A DNA stretch of 64,000 nt from a virus (IMGVR_UViG_3300023174_007844:16399-80398), one strand, 5' to 3'; counted from the first letter of the stretch, positions 28,875-38,594 are shown. Notes: generated by a model not told the origin, from the sequence alone. Translations and numbers: made by a program.

Positions 28875-31574
28875 CTATAATAATTTAACATCAGGGAAGC
28901 TTGTCAATACCTCAAATCCCATGTTGTCCCAGTGTCTTTCATCAGCAAAAGGTCTGAAATTAATCCAATATGAGTTTTCAGGACCATAAGTTCTAACTTC
29001 ACCAATTTCATTCCATGTATGGTAGATCAAGTGAGCAAAATTAACATTTATATCTTCGAATGGAAAATCAACTGGCAAAGTAGAATCAGCTACTAAATAA
29101 CCATCTTCAATTGCCACCACTCTATTTTTGGATATATATAAGTCAAATTGTGATCGTCTATCCAATCCTTGCCAAGTTCTATTTAATGGCTCGTTTAATC
29201 TTTGAACACTAGGTCTGAAGAAAATATCACCTTCAAATAAACCTGTAGTTGGATTTTTTGAAGCTCTGTAAATTATTGCACCAGAACGAGTAGTACAATA
29301 AGCATCCATCAATTTTGTAAGTTTATTTTTTGAATCTTGACTTACCCACCAATAATCTGGGTTGAAATCAATATTATCTAATACTTTCAATGTGTCAGAA
29401 GTAAGTTCATACTCATTGACACCACCAAAGTCAGCAAATCTAATCCAAGTTGATCTAGGTACAGCTCCAGTATTCATAGTAAAAGCTGGAAATTTACCAT
29501 TGTCATTAAAATTAGCAGTCCATTTTATTTCAGTAAAAGAAGGTTGATCATTAATAGAATTCACTTTGAATGTACCAACTTTATATTCAGTGCGATAATC
29601 AACTCTTCTATAAGGCGCTGGTAAATTCCAAGGGGCACTATCTCTTCCAGCAAATTTTACTGGAATATTGTAAGATTTTCTAGAGCCATCTGGATTATAA
29701 CCAGTGTCTACATTCATATTGTAACTGTTAGCATTTATTGCCCATCTGAATAATTTACCAGATAATGTATTTTGTGCAATTTTGTCAGCTGCTTTACCAG
29801 AATATACTACTTCTCCAGCAGGCAACAAAAGAATATCACACCATCTTCTGCCACTAAAATGGGGATCAACTTCAAATGTCAGGTGTAATACTTTGCCACC
29901 AGATATATTTGCAGTTTTCTTCGGGCTCATCAGCATCACGCCATTACTAACGTGTGATGGAGTTGATGATTGACCCAAGGTTCCACCATCATATATAGTG
30001 TCCATAAAGTGAGAACCCATTAAGAATACGGTTGAAGCAGATGTATCAAGATCATCTAAGAAGAATGACCATTTATCGTTTTCATACCATCTTAAAATGA
30101 CATCACTTTTGTTCCAATATTGCCAATTTCTTCCAAATCTTTGTTCTACTACATCTAACTTTTGTGGCATTTGAACAATCGGTTGGAAGTTTCTAAAGTT
30201 GTCAAAGAATACTTGTTCACCAGCTAAAGTTTTTTGAATTGTGGTTACTTTATATGGTGCTGATTTTGTAAGTACTATTGGATTATTAGATGGATCTCCG
30301 TGACCATTTACTCCAGCATGAACTTCACCACTTGGACCACTTGCACCAGGACCTATCACGCCATCAATTTGTTGATATGGACCAAACTTATCTAATGCTT
30401 CAACAATAAGATTATATGATTGGTTGCTTGTCAAACCATTCATTTCAACCATATTATAGCCTGAAGAATATTTAACAGTATTTGGATTATTTTCTACATA
30501 AACTTTATAGTCTGCAGCACCAGGAACCAAATCAAATTTTACAACAACACTGTCATCGTTTGGAGTGTATCCTGTAATATTAACAGGAGTTGAAATTGGA
30601 TCTGGTGGACCAAATCTTGTTATTATATCTGCTGCTGGGCCAAATGTTTCTTGCACTGTAAAATGATTTTTATTCACAGAAGCAACAACATATCTGTAAG
30701 TTTTGCCAGATATTACATCTTTGTCTATGTAATATTGAGACCATAAATTGGCTGCAATTAAAGTTCCATCTCTGTAAATATTATATGCATTTGGAGAGTC
30801 CTGGCCATTAATTTGTTGATCTTGCCACTTTATGAAATTTCTTGGCTTTCCATTATTCCATTCAGGGACAGCAACATATTTGCCAGGAGTTGATGGAGGT
30901 CTAGTAGTCCATCCGAAATTATAGTTAGGAGCAAATTCACCTCTTGCTAAACTTAAAGCAGAAGGCAAAGATTCTAATCCATTTTTATCAACTGCGGTAA
31001 CTGTATATGTCCAGCCTTCACCAAACACCAATTGACTTACTGTAAATGAATTAGTATTCGAAGAACCAATTTTTTGACTGTATCTGTAAATATTGTAGGA
31101 TACAGCTTCAGGACTAGGATCCCAAACTAACTGATCATAAGCACCATTATTCCACAAACCAAATGTTCGTAAATTGACAGGAGCTTCGGGATTCTTCAGA
31201 ACTAATAATGGAATAATTGCAGTGGAAACATTTGACATCTGCAAAAAACCAGATGGTACAACACCACAAACATAGTAATCCCATTTGTCACGGTATTTTA
31301 CATTTCTATCAATGAAAATATTCTCGTTATTTACAAGTTTCGCATAAGGCTTATAATAATCAGGTTTGGTACCTTGACCAACCTTATAAATAAAATAACG
31401 AGTGCATTTAGGTATTAAGTCCCATCTTAATTTGACGTGATAATTAGATGGAGTACCCACGCAGTAGCACAATTCTACTTGAGAAGAAAAATTCTTTACT
31501 TGTGGTGGTTTTTGAGCCCACGCACAGGAAACAAATGTGTATAAAAACACAAATAAAACAATAGCTTTCTTCAT
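28875..31574 (-). CDS. Secreted multi-fibronectin-type-III protein
   Basis: GGAGG SD, signal peptide MKKAIVLFVFLYTFVSCAWA, repeated W...YNIYR...Y.VTAV FN3 patterns. Confidence 0.75.
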   Translation of the reverse strand: MKKAIVLFVFLYTFVSCAWAQKPPQVKNFSSQVELCYCVGTPSNYHVKLRWDLIPKCTRYFIYKVGQGTKPDYYKPYAKLVNNENIFIDRNVKYRDKWDYYVCGVVPSGFLQMSNVSTAIIPLLVLKNPEAPVNLRTFGLWNNGAYDQLVWDPSPEAVSYNIYRYSQKIGSSNTNSFTVSQLVFGEGWTYTVTAVDKNGLESLPSALSLARGEFAPNYNFGWTTRPPSTPGKYVAVPEWNNGKPRNFIKWQDQQINGQDSPNAYNIYRDGTLIAANLWSQYYIDKDVISGKTYRYVVASVNKNHFTVQETFGPAADIITRFGPPDPISTPVNITGYTPNDDSVVVKFDLVPGAADYKVYVENNPNTVKYSSGYNMVEMNGLTSNQSYNLIVEALDKFGPYQQIDGVIGPGASGPSGEVHAGVNGHGDPSNNPIVLTKSAPYKVTTIQKTLAGEQVFFDNFRNFQPIVQMPQKLDVVEQRFGRNWQYWNKSDVILRWYENDKWSFFLDDLDTSASTVFLMGSHFMDTIYDGGTLGQSSTPSHVSNGVMLMSPKKTANISGGKVLHLTFEVDPHFSGRRWCDILLLPAGEVVYSGKAADKIAQNTLSGKLFRWAINANSYNMNVDTGYNPDGSRKSYNIPVKFAGRDSAPWNLPAPYRRVDYRTEYKVGTFKVNSINDQPSFTEIKWTANFNDNGKFPAFTMNTGAVPRSTWIRFADFGGVNEYELTSDTLKVLDNIDFNPDYWWVSQDSKNKLTKLMDAYCTTRSGAIIYRASKNPTTGLFEGDIFFRPSVQRLNEPLNRTWQGLDRRSQFDLYISKNRVVAIEDGYLVADSTLPVDFPFEDINVNFAHLIYHTWNEIGEVRTYGPENSYWINFRPFADERHWDNMGFEVLTSFPDVKLL

Positions 31575-31645
31575 TTTCAACCTCCCCAGGTTTATTTTTT
31601 GGTTAGAGAGCTATTGTTTTATTCTTGATTTAATAGGGTGATACT

Positions 31646-31894
31646 TTATAAATTATTGAATTCTACCTCTTCATAAATCTCCCAAACAGGTCCAGCATTA
31701 TTCAAAATATGCTGATGGAGACGGATAAATTCTTCCCAATTGTAATAAAATTCATTACCCATACTATCCATCAATTTTTCTTCAACACGATAGATATAAT
31801 AATCTTCAGGCCACTTTCTAGATCTTGTCTTCAATCCTAATGCAATTAATGGACGGGTAATTTGACTAAACAACTTCACGACTTTTCTCCACAA
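31646..31894 (-). CDS. Hypothetical protein, distant DUF2829-like
   Basis: GLKTRSRKWPEDYYIY...WEIYE. Confidence 0.5.
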   Translation of the reverse strand: MWRKVVKLFSQITRPLIALGLKTRSRKWPEDYYIYRVEEKLMDSMGNEFYYNWEEFIRLHQHILNNAGPVWEIYEEVEFNNL

Positions 31895-32423
31895 TATGTT
31901 TCAAAACGATTGCAGCATTATAAGCATCCCAATAAGGATCGTGCTTCTCTCCAACAAACTTTAATCCCAACTCTGCCAAAGATCGTTCTAGCCCATTATT
32001 GTAAGGCTTTCCCATAACCAAACTATAGAGCAAAGATATATTTAAGTATTCATTAGAGAAAGGATATCTACATTGTTTCTCACGACATTCACTATACATT
32101 TTCTCATCATCATTACCCCAAGCAGCACAAGGTATAGATTTTGAGTTAAGATCTTTCATAACCATCTTGCACATATCACCAAAATCTTCGCCATTATCAG
32201 CTTGCTCTTTTGTAATTCCAGTGATTCTAGTGCAATATTCAGAAATTTCACTTCTTATGGGCTTGCAAACAATATTGAAATTGCCAGATATTTCTAAAGT
32301 TTTCATATCCAAAATGCAAGCCCCAAGAGCTATTACTTCACGATATTTATGAAAATTCTCCCGCCCTTCCCAACAAGTAGCTTCAAGATCAAATATTACA
32401 ATTCGATCACAATTGAAAGTCAT
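31866..32423 (-). CDS. DEDDh 3'-5' exonuclease (ERI-1/KapD-like)
   Basis: IFDLEATC, ITGIT, AWGNDD, HDPYWDAYN. Confidence 0.88.
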   Translation of the reverse strand: MTFNCDRIVIFDLEATCWEGRENFHKYREVIALGACILDMKTLEISGNFNIVCKPIRSEISEYCTRITGITKEQADNGEDFGDMCKMVMKDLNSKSIPCAAWGNDDEKMYSECREKQCRYPFSNEYLNISLLYSLVMGKPYNNGLERSLAELGLKFVGEKHDPYWDAYNAAIVLKHIVEKSREVV

Positions 32424-33036
32424 TAAGTAAATTTCCCATCTTCAAATCTGACAATATCCTATCATAATCCAAAGTGTTGTTTGCCCAATAACTATCACGG
32501 AAATATTGAATAGAATCGTAATATTCTGCACGATCATCAAAGTGAATAATTACGGGACATTCTCCAACATCGTTTAATACCTTCTGTAACAACAATCTTC
32601 CAGTACGACCATTGCCATCTATGAAAGGATGAATTACCTCAAAGAAATGATGAATATACAAAGCAGCATCAAGAGGATTAACTACACCATTCTCAACTTC
32701 TTTCATTATGTCTTTGGCAAATTTGTACCATCGTTCCATAAGAGTAGGAATTATCATATGGTTTGGACATAATTCATGACCAATATAAACATCTTCTTTA
32801 CGATATTGCCCAGAACTATTTCTTTCCTCAAAATAAGGAATACCACGAGTGAGAAATCTATGAATGTCTAATGGAGTACTAGCATTTAATTCCCAGCCAT
32901 CAGACAAAGCAAAATTCAAAGCCTGAAGATGATTATCATACATATGACAACCAGGATAATTACCCAGATAACCTGGCTGAGGATCAATCAAATTACTCTC
33001 ACAAATAAAAATATGTTTCCAAGATTTAACAAACAT
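32407..33036 (-). CDS. Fic domain protein
   Basis: Canonical HPFIDGNGRTGR. Confidence 0.92.
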   Translation of the reverse strand: MFVKSWKHIFICESNLIDPQPGYLGNYPGCHMYDNHLQALNFALSDGWELNASTPLDIHRFLTRGIPYFEERNSSGQYRKEDVYIGHELCPNHMIIPTLMERWYKFAKDIMKEVENGVVNPLDAALYIHHFFEVIHPFIDGNGRTGRLLLQKVLNDVGECPVIIHFDDRAEYYDSIQYFRDSYWANNTLDYDRILSDLKMGNLLNDFQL

Positions 33037-33142
33037 TTCTACACCTCAAAAGCTTAATATCATATAAAAGCAAACACAACAATATAACAGAATATATTAA
33101 TGTGATACAAAATTTAAATCACAACTAGAGAAGGAGAAAATT

Positions 33143-33337
33143 ATGTCCATCTTATCAAACATATTAAAGAAAGCTGCCGGAGTACCAGAAGTTAATCTTA
33201 ATAAACTTCCATTTGCAAACAAAATTGTAGGAGACTGGGAAACTAAAAGCATGGAAGACCTTGTCAAACAACTTCCAAAAGAAACTATCCACAGACTTAT
33301 CGACGTTTGTAATAATGAACTTAAAACAAGAAGTTGA
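33143..33337 (+). CDS. Hypothetical protein
   Basis: AAGGAG SD. Confidence 0.65.
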   Translation: MSILSNILKKAAGVPEVNLNKLPFANKIVGDWETKSMEDLVKQLPKETIHRLIDVCNNELKTRS

Positions 33338-33566
33338 AAATAGTTAGAAGATTATTTGTTTTCTTTGTAATCGGTTTCATCACTTATCTTTTATTATCAA
33401 TGAAATAAAAGATTTATCTGGAGGGAAAGTATGAACGACAAAGATAGAAAACGTGATGCTTTATTTGTAATCTTATATAGCATTATAGGATACTTGATTA
33501 TTCTCATAGCAACAAGATAATAATTTGTAAAAGGTTATAAATTATAAAATTATAAATAAATAAATT

Positions 33567-34595
33567 ATGTTAAGAATTTCTACATCTGCTTGTTTATCAT
33601 ATGCTAAACTTTGTGACTCATATGGATATTATGAACAAGCAGATTTTTATGAAAATTTAGTAAATGTAAGATTGTCTCAATTAAATTACGATTACGAAAA
33701 ACAACCAGCTTGGATTAAGGAACAATCAGCTCCTGAAAAAGCTTTCTTTCAAACATTACAATATCCATATAAATTATTAGAAAAATCAAACGCTTCTGCA
33801 AAACAAAAAGATCTCATAACAGATGCTGCGTTTGGTTCTATGGATGCGTTTGATGTAGCATTCACCTCTCCACAAGCAATTCAAGCTGCAAGAAAAGCAA
33901 AAGATTTAGCAACCTTAATAAAGAATAATCCAGCTGCAGCAGAATCTGCAAAAAAAGCAGCTACACAAATTTCCACCAAAATACCAATATTAAGTAAACT
34001 TATTTCAATAACACCTTTTATAGGCGTTTTAATTAATCTTTATTTGTCAAGACAAGAGATAGCAAAATATTTTGACCTTATCAATAATGGAAAATTTGAT
34101 GAAATTTGGAATGATCCTGAAGAAAGATCCAAATTTATTGAAATCGTAATAATGACAATTGCAGGTGCTTTAACACTACCTGTTGTTGCAGCTATACCTG
34201 TATATGGACAAATTATGTTTGCCACAGGAACAGCTTTATATGCTGTTTCAAGCACACTTACTTTAGGTCGCACAGCTATTGACGCTTATTTAGTAGGTAC
34301 AGGTGAAAAAAATTCTGTAACTGAAGCAATTAGTAAAGATGATTATTCTTTAGAACAAAATGAAATAGTTGGAATATTACAAGGCACAAGTCAAGATATT
34401 AAAGACGCTGTCAAAATTGCAGCAAAACACCTTAAAAATAACCCAGCAGCCAAATATATTGAAATTTTTGCATTACCTGAAATAAAAAATTATCCTTGGA
34501 TACAATCTCACAACACTCCCGAAGATAATCTCAAATATAATAAGTTTATGCAAATATTATCAATTTTAAGAAAATTATCTAAACGCTCTAAATAA
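33567..34595 (+). CDS. Tagged protein with hydrophobic hairpin
   Basis: Leader YAKLCDSYGYYEQADFYENLVNVRLSQ; hydrophobic IVIMTIAGALTLPVVAAIPVYGQIMFATGTALYAV. Confidence 0.7.
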   Translation: MLRISTSACLSYAKLCDSYGYYEQADFYENLVNVRLSQLNYDYEKQPAWIKEQSAPEKAFFQTLQYPYKLLEKSNASAKQKDLITDAAFGSMDAFDVAFTSPQAIQAARKAKDLATLIKNNPAAAESAKKAATQISTKIPILSKLISITPFIGVLINLYLSRQEIAKYFDLINNGKFDEIWNDPEERSKFIEIVIMTIAGALTLPVVAAIPVYGQIMFATGTALYAVSSTLTLGRTAIDAYLVGTGEKNSVTEAISKDDYSLEQNEIVGILQGTSQDIKDAVKIAAKHLKNNPAAKYIEIFALPEIKNYPWIQSHNTPEDNLKYNKFMQILSILRKLSKRSK

Positions 34596-34619
34596 AAAAC
34601 CCCCAAGAGGGGGTTTTTT
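34594..34619. terminator. Bidirectional terminator
   Basis: AAAAAACCCCC-AAGA-GGGGGTTTTTT between convergent genes. Confidence 0.85.
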
Positions 34620-34621
34620 AT

Positions 34622-35812
34622 TTAGAAAAGTTTTACTTCAAAATCTTCTTCTTCAGATGAATCTCTTGGGATTGTAAAACCATATGTTTTCATAACATAT
34701 TGAATTAAATTGTTTGCAATATGTTCGCCCAAATCAATCAGAGCCATGTTATAAAGTTCTTTTTTTGTTATGCCTGGTTTTATAGATCCATTGTTTTTCT
34801 TTCTTGTTAAATATTTTTCCATAGTTTCAATAGGGGTATCAAACAATTTTGCTTTTTTTCTATCAGCATCAATTTCATTTGTTAAGCGCCCTACATTTGA
34901 ACCATCTGTGCCTGTTGCCTTTGGAGCATCAGGTTTTTGTTTTCCTTTCATTAAAGCTGCCGTACCAGCAGCTGAAGCACCAGAAAAAAGCAATGCTGTA
35001 ACTGCAGGACTCATAGTTCTCTTCCAAGGTCCCATGCTATACAAATAACTTCTCATAGGAATTGTGCTGTGTTGAAGTACTTGTTCAATCATATTGTCTG
35101 TAGTGAAAGAATTGTCATACAACATTCCTCTCAATTGCCTTTCGGAAGCAATACTAGCTTTGATTTGGTTTGCATTTTCCATATTTCTTGGAATTCCATA
35201 CGTACTACAAACGTGATCTATTGCTGTTTCTATAAGTGCAACATGAGCATCTCTCATCTGAACAAGTTCATTTTCTAAAGGACTTACTAATTGTTCTCTT
35301 TCTCGTGGATGAGCTTCTAACCAATCATCAATTTCATCATCAGCTAAATGATGCATTCTCTTAATTTCTTCAATTCTAGTGTCGTAAAGAGTTTTCCATC
35401 TTGCATATAACTGTGGAAATTCTTTTTGCTTAGATTGGACTTGTCTGTAAGCTGGTTGTAGAGCATTGATGATGCGATCAATTAATCTTGAATTGCTTCT
35501 ACCAACCATTGGATTATGACCACTTACATTTTTTTCATCATCTAATAATTCCAAAACTTCATCATAATCAGGTACAGTTCTCATGCGATCTATAACATTT
35601 GGACCTCTACTTAAATCACGTACTTGTCTTCTGGCCCTCGCTGATTCATCACCAACTCCACGTATTCTGTCAACAAATCTTCTCCAACCAGTTTGAAATG
35701 GATTTTGAGCTTCTTTGATTAAGTTGTCAATTTTGTCAGCTGATTTATAATCTCCATCACGATCAGCTTCCATAGCCAATTTTATGTACTTGTTTAATTG
35801 ATTTTCTTGCAT
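34622..35812 (-). CDS. Tagged protein with Ala/Gly hydrophobic segment
   Basis: Leader YIKLAMEADRDGDYKSADKIDNLIKEAQ; AVTALLFSGASAAGTAAL. Confidence 0.7.
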   Translation of the reverse strand: MQENQLNKYIKLAMEADRDGDYKSADKIDNLIKEAQNPFQTGWRRFVDRIRGVGDESARARRQVRDLSRGPNVIDRMRTVPDYDEVLELLDDEKNVSGHNPMVGRSNSRLIDRIINALQPAYRQVQSKQKEFPQLYARWKTLYDTRIEEIKRMHHLADDEIDDWLEAHPREREQLVSPLENELVQMRDAHVALIETAIDHVCSTYGIPRNMENANQIKASIASERQLRGMLYDNSFTTDNMIEQVLQHSTIPMRSYLYSMGPWKRTMSPAVTALLFSGASAAGTAALMKGKQKPDAPKATGTDGSNVGRLTNEIDADRKKAKLFDTPIETMEKYLTRKKNNGSIKPGITKKELYNMALIDLGEHIANNLIQYVMKTYGFTIPRDSSEEEDFEVKLF

Positions 35813-35893
35813 AATGTATAGTCCTAAAATACAAACTCTCTTATTTTATATTACAGAATATTTCTAACACACCTTTTTAAGTATAAGAAAAGA

Positions 35894-36691
35894 ATGCATG
35901 AATACTTAAATTTAGATTGTATTGAATATCTTAAAACACTTAAAGATAATTCCGTAGATCTCATTCTCACTGACCCTCCATACTTTATTGGATACGATGG
36001 AGGCAAAGGATGGGACACTCAATGGAATTCAGATCAAGAATATCTAGATTGGTGCGAAAAATGGACTAAAGAATGCGCTAGAATCTTAAAACCTAATAAA
36101 ATGATGTGTGTGTTTGGAACTTTAAAATACAATACATTCTTGCGCTATAGATTAGATATATTAGATAAACTACCAAACTTCTTTCAACAACCAGAAATTA
36201 TATGGTCTTACAATTGGGGAGGAAGAAGTAAAACAAATTTTGCTAGAAAACATGAGTATATTTGGTGCTACTCTAAAGAAAAAACTTTTACTTTTAATGC
36301 TGACAATGTAAGAACTGAACGTAAACAAAAAGTAAACATTAGAACAGGTAAAGAATACGAACAAGGAACTATCCCAACCTGTGTATGGGAAAAGAACAAT
36401 CACACAACTAGCAAAGAATATTGTAATTGGCATCCCACTCAAAAACCAATTAGCATATTAGAAAGATTCGTTCAAGCATACACAAATCCAGGAGAAACAG
36501 TATTAGATATATTTAATGGTGCTGGATCAACAATGATAGCATGTGAAAATACTGGACGAATCTTCAAAGGATGCGAAATAGATCCTGAATATTATGAAAA
36601 ATCAATTGCAAGATATACTACACTTACTGGAAAACAATATAACAATAACTTAATAAAAGTGCCAGGAAAGAAAACCAAAAATAAGGTATAA
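35894..36691 (+). CDS. DNA N6-adenine/N4-cytosine methyltransferase (beta class)
   Basis: DPPY, HPTQKP, LDIFNGAGST, GCEID. Confidence 0.92.
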   Translation: MHEYLNLDCIEYLKTLKDNSVDLILTDPPYFIGYDGGKGWDTQWNSDQEYLDWCEKWTKECARILKPNKMMCVFGTLKYNTFLRYRLDILDKLPNFFQQPEIIWSYNWGGRSKTNFARKHEYIWCYSKEKTFTFNADNVRTERKQKVNIRTGKEYEQGTIPTCVWEKNNHTTSKEYCNWHPTQKPISILERFVQAYTNPGETVLDIFNGAGSTMIACENTGRIFKGCEIDPEYYEKSIARYTTLTGKQYNNNLIKVPGKKTKNKV

Positions 36692-36753
36692 AACCTATAG
36701 AGCATTGAAGCCCTATTCTATATTGAATAGGGCTTTTTTATTTGGGGGATCTT

Positions 36754-36993
36754 ATGAAAATTGACTTTGAAAAAATATTCTTTTACTTTATGCTAGTGAT
36801 TGTTAGTGGTAGTATTGGATATGCACTCAAACCTGCAGAACCAGTTGACCAAAAAGAACTTGAAAGAAAATACCAAAATCAACAACAAGTATGTACAGCT
36901 GCTATGCATATGATGGCAGATTTTTCTAAAAAAAATTACTATCAACCCAAAACCAAAAAAGAATGGGCCATAGAAAGAATGATGAGCAGATGA
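36754..36993 (+). CDS. Small membrane-anchored protein
   Basis: GGGGG SD-like run; N-terminal TM. Confidence 0.55.
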   Translation: MKIDFEKIFFYFMLVIVSGSIGYALKPAEPVDQKELERKYQNQQQVCTAAMHMMADFSKKNYYQPKTKKEWAIERMMSR

Positions 36994-37177
36994 CACTACT
37001 AGACTTACAAATAAATTTATATATTGACAACCTTACCAACCCTAAGGTAAAATAAATTATGAAAGAACAACGCAAACTAATAGAAAGAATTTTTGGAATG
37101 GTAGTAGTAATTGCAACAATGATTATTCTCAAAGTAGCTTGCGATTAGATTTTTCTTTGGTATAATAGTTTTGATGG

Positions 37178-37459
37178 TGGCCAGTAGCACAATGGCAGTG
37201 CATTTGACTGTGGATTGATAGCAGCTTATTAGAGTAATTTAATATAGAAAATTGTCGAAATTCAGTGAAAGCTAAGTCGAAAGATATGCCAACACTGAGC
37301 CAAGCCCGTAAGGGAAGGTGCAGAGACTATAATGACAACATCCTACTAGGTATTGCTAAGGATGATGGTATAGTCCAGACTACAAACAGATTTATCTGGT
37401 AGTGAAAACTATAGTAGTAAGTAATCAAAGGGTTGATAGTTCGAGTCTATCCTGGCCAG
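37178..37459 (+). tRNA. tRNA-Asn(GTT) interrupted by a group I intron (exons 37178-37211, 37422-37459)
   Basis: Acceptor TGGCCAG/CTGGCCA, D-arm GCAC/GTGC, spliced anticodon arm TTTGA-CTGTTAA-TCAAA, T-arm GATAG-TTCGAGT-CTATC. Confidence 0.9.
37212..37421 (+). mobile_element. Group I self-splicing intron, 210 nt, between tRNA positions 35/36
   Basis: Exon ends in U, intron ends in G; P1 CTGT/GCAG with U.G; P10 GATTG/TAATC; P AATTCAGTGAA, Q AACACTGAGC, R CAGAGACTA, S GGTATAGTCC. Confidence 0.9.
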
Positions 37460-37547
37460 TAAATAATCCTCATATTTATTTATGGGGATTATTTGTTTTA
37501 AAGGGTATAATTGTATTTGATTCGAATAAATTATTGGTAGTACAAAA

Positions 37548-38333
37548 ATGAATACTACCAAAGGAAATTTAGATATGAAAAAATGCAAAAAATGTGAAAA
37601 TCAAATACCCACTAGGATATATTTAGAAGATAAACTGATTTTAACTAAAAATCGCTTATATTGCTTTGACTGTTCGCCTTTCAAACAACATAATTTAAAG
37701 CAAACACAAACAACTTCAGACAAACCTATAATGAATACTTGTCGTGTATGTCAAAAAGATTATCCTGCAGGGCATCATCAACATAAGAGTATTTGCAATA
37801 CTTGTCGTACTACTAGTTCAAGACAAAATAAAAAAAGAAGAGCCGTTGAATATATGGGAGGCAAATGTATAGTTTGTAATTATGACAAATGTATTGCTGC
37901 ATTGCATTTTCATCATATAGAACCTCACGAAAAAGAATTTGGTTTTTCAAGCAATATGACCAAGCCATTTGAAGTTTTGCAAATTGAACTTAATAAATGC
38001 ATTATAGTTTGTTCAAATTGCCATTCAGAGATACACGCTGGCTTATTTGAGATAGATGAATATGTTGTTCTACAAAATGAAATCAGGCAAACTTACATTC
38101 CAGAAACAAAGCCAGTAGTAAATTATGCACCTGTTGTAAAGATTTCTAAAAGACCTGATAAAGAAACTTTAGAAAAACTTGTTTGGGAAATGTCTTGTGT
38201 CAAAATAGGCGAAATGTATGGCGTTAGTGATAATGCTGTAAATAAATGGTGTAAATTTTATGGTATCAAAAAACCTGGAAGAGGTGATTGGGAAAAAATA
38301 AAATTTGGAAAGCTTGAAATACCAAAACATTAG
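37548..38333 (+). CDS. HNH endonuclease with Zn ribbons and C-terminal HTH
   Basis: GGKCIVCNY...LHFHHIEP...KCIIVCSNCHSEIH; KIGEMYGVSDNAVNKW; alternative start 37575. Confidence 0.85.
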   Translation: MNTTKGNLDMKKCKKCENQIPTRIYLEDKLILTKNRLYCFDCSPFKQHNLKQTQTTSDKPIMNTCRVCQKDYPAGHHQHKSICNTCRTTSSRQNKKRRAVEYMGGKCIVCNYDKCIAALHFHHIEPHEKEFGFSSNMTKPFEVLQIELNKCIIVCSNCHSEIHAGLFEIDEYVVLQNEIRQTYIPETKPVVNYAPVVKISKRPDKETLEKLVWEMSCVKIGEMYGVSDNAVNKWCKFYGIKKPGRGDWEKIKFGKLEIPKH

Positions 38334-38350
38334 GGTATAATCCTTGTGAT

Positions 38351-38423
38351 GGCCTGTTAGTCGAGTGGTTAAGATGCCTCCCTTTCACGGAGGAGACCAG
38401 GGGTTCGATACCCCTACAGGCTA
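38351..38423 (+). tRNA. tRNA-Glu(TTC)
   Basis: GGCCTGT/ACAGGCT, CCTCC-CTTTCAC-GGAGG, AGGGG-TTCGATA-CCCCT. Confidence 0.93.
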
Positions 38424-38447
38424 TTTGTGGTATAATGTATTTGTTGT

Positions 38448-38518
38448 TCTCTGGTGGTGTAACGGTAGCACAGAGGTTTTTGGTGCCTTTAGTTGGAGTT
38501 CGAATCTCTACCGGAGAA
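38448..38518 (+). tRNA. tRNA-Gln(TTG)
   Basis: TCTCTGG/CCGGAGA, GAGGT-TTTTGGT-GCCTT, TGGAG-TTCGAAT-CTCTA. Confidence 0.88.
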
Positions 38519-38523
38519 CCTTT

Positions 38524-38594
38524 GCTCCATTAGTATAAAGATAGTACGGATCTCTTGTAAAGATTGGGTAGGCGTTTGATTCGTCTATGGAGCT
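38524..38594 (+). tRNA. tRNA-Thr(TGT)
   Basis: GCTCCAT/ATGGAGC, GATCT-CTTGTAA-AGATT, AGGCG-TTTGATT-CGTCT (atypical T-loop). Confidence 0.8.

Noticed and set aside
31646-31894. MWRKVV as a member of the MWY leader class
   Set aside because: GTG start overlapping the upstream gene, lacks Tyr, and sits in an early-type operon; the true start is probably downstream.
37178-37220. tRNA-His(GTG) or pseudo-tRNA reading of the 5' half (CTGTGGA)
   Set aside because: The 3' half lies 210 nt downstream, and group I splice rules give a GTT (Asn) anticodon with a perfect stem.
35894-38333. Restriction-modification pair (methyltransferase plus HNH)
   Set aside because: Separated by a terminator, small ORFs and a tRNA; the HNH architecture fits a homing endonuclease and orphan methyltransferases are common in phages.
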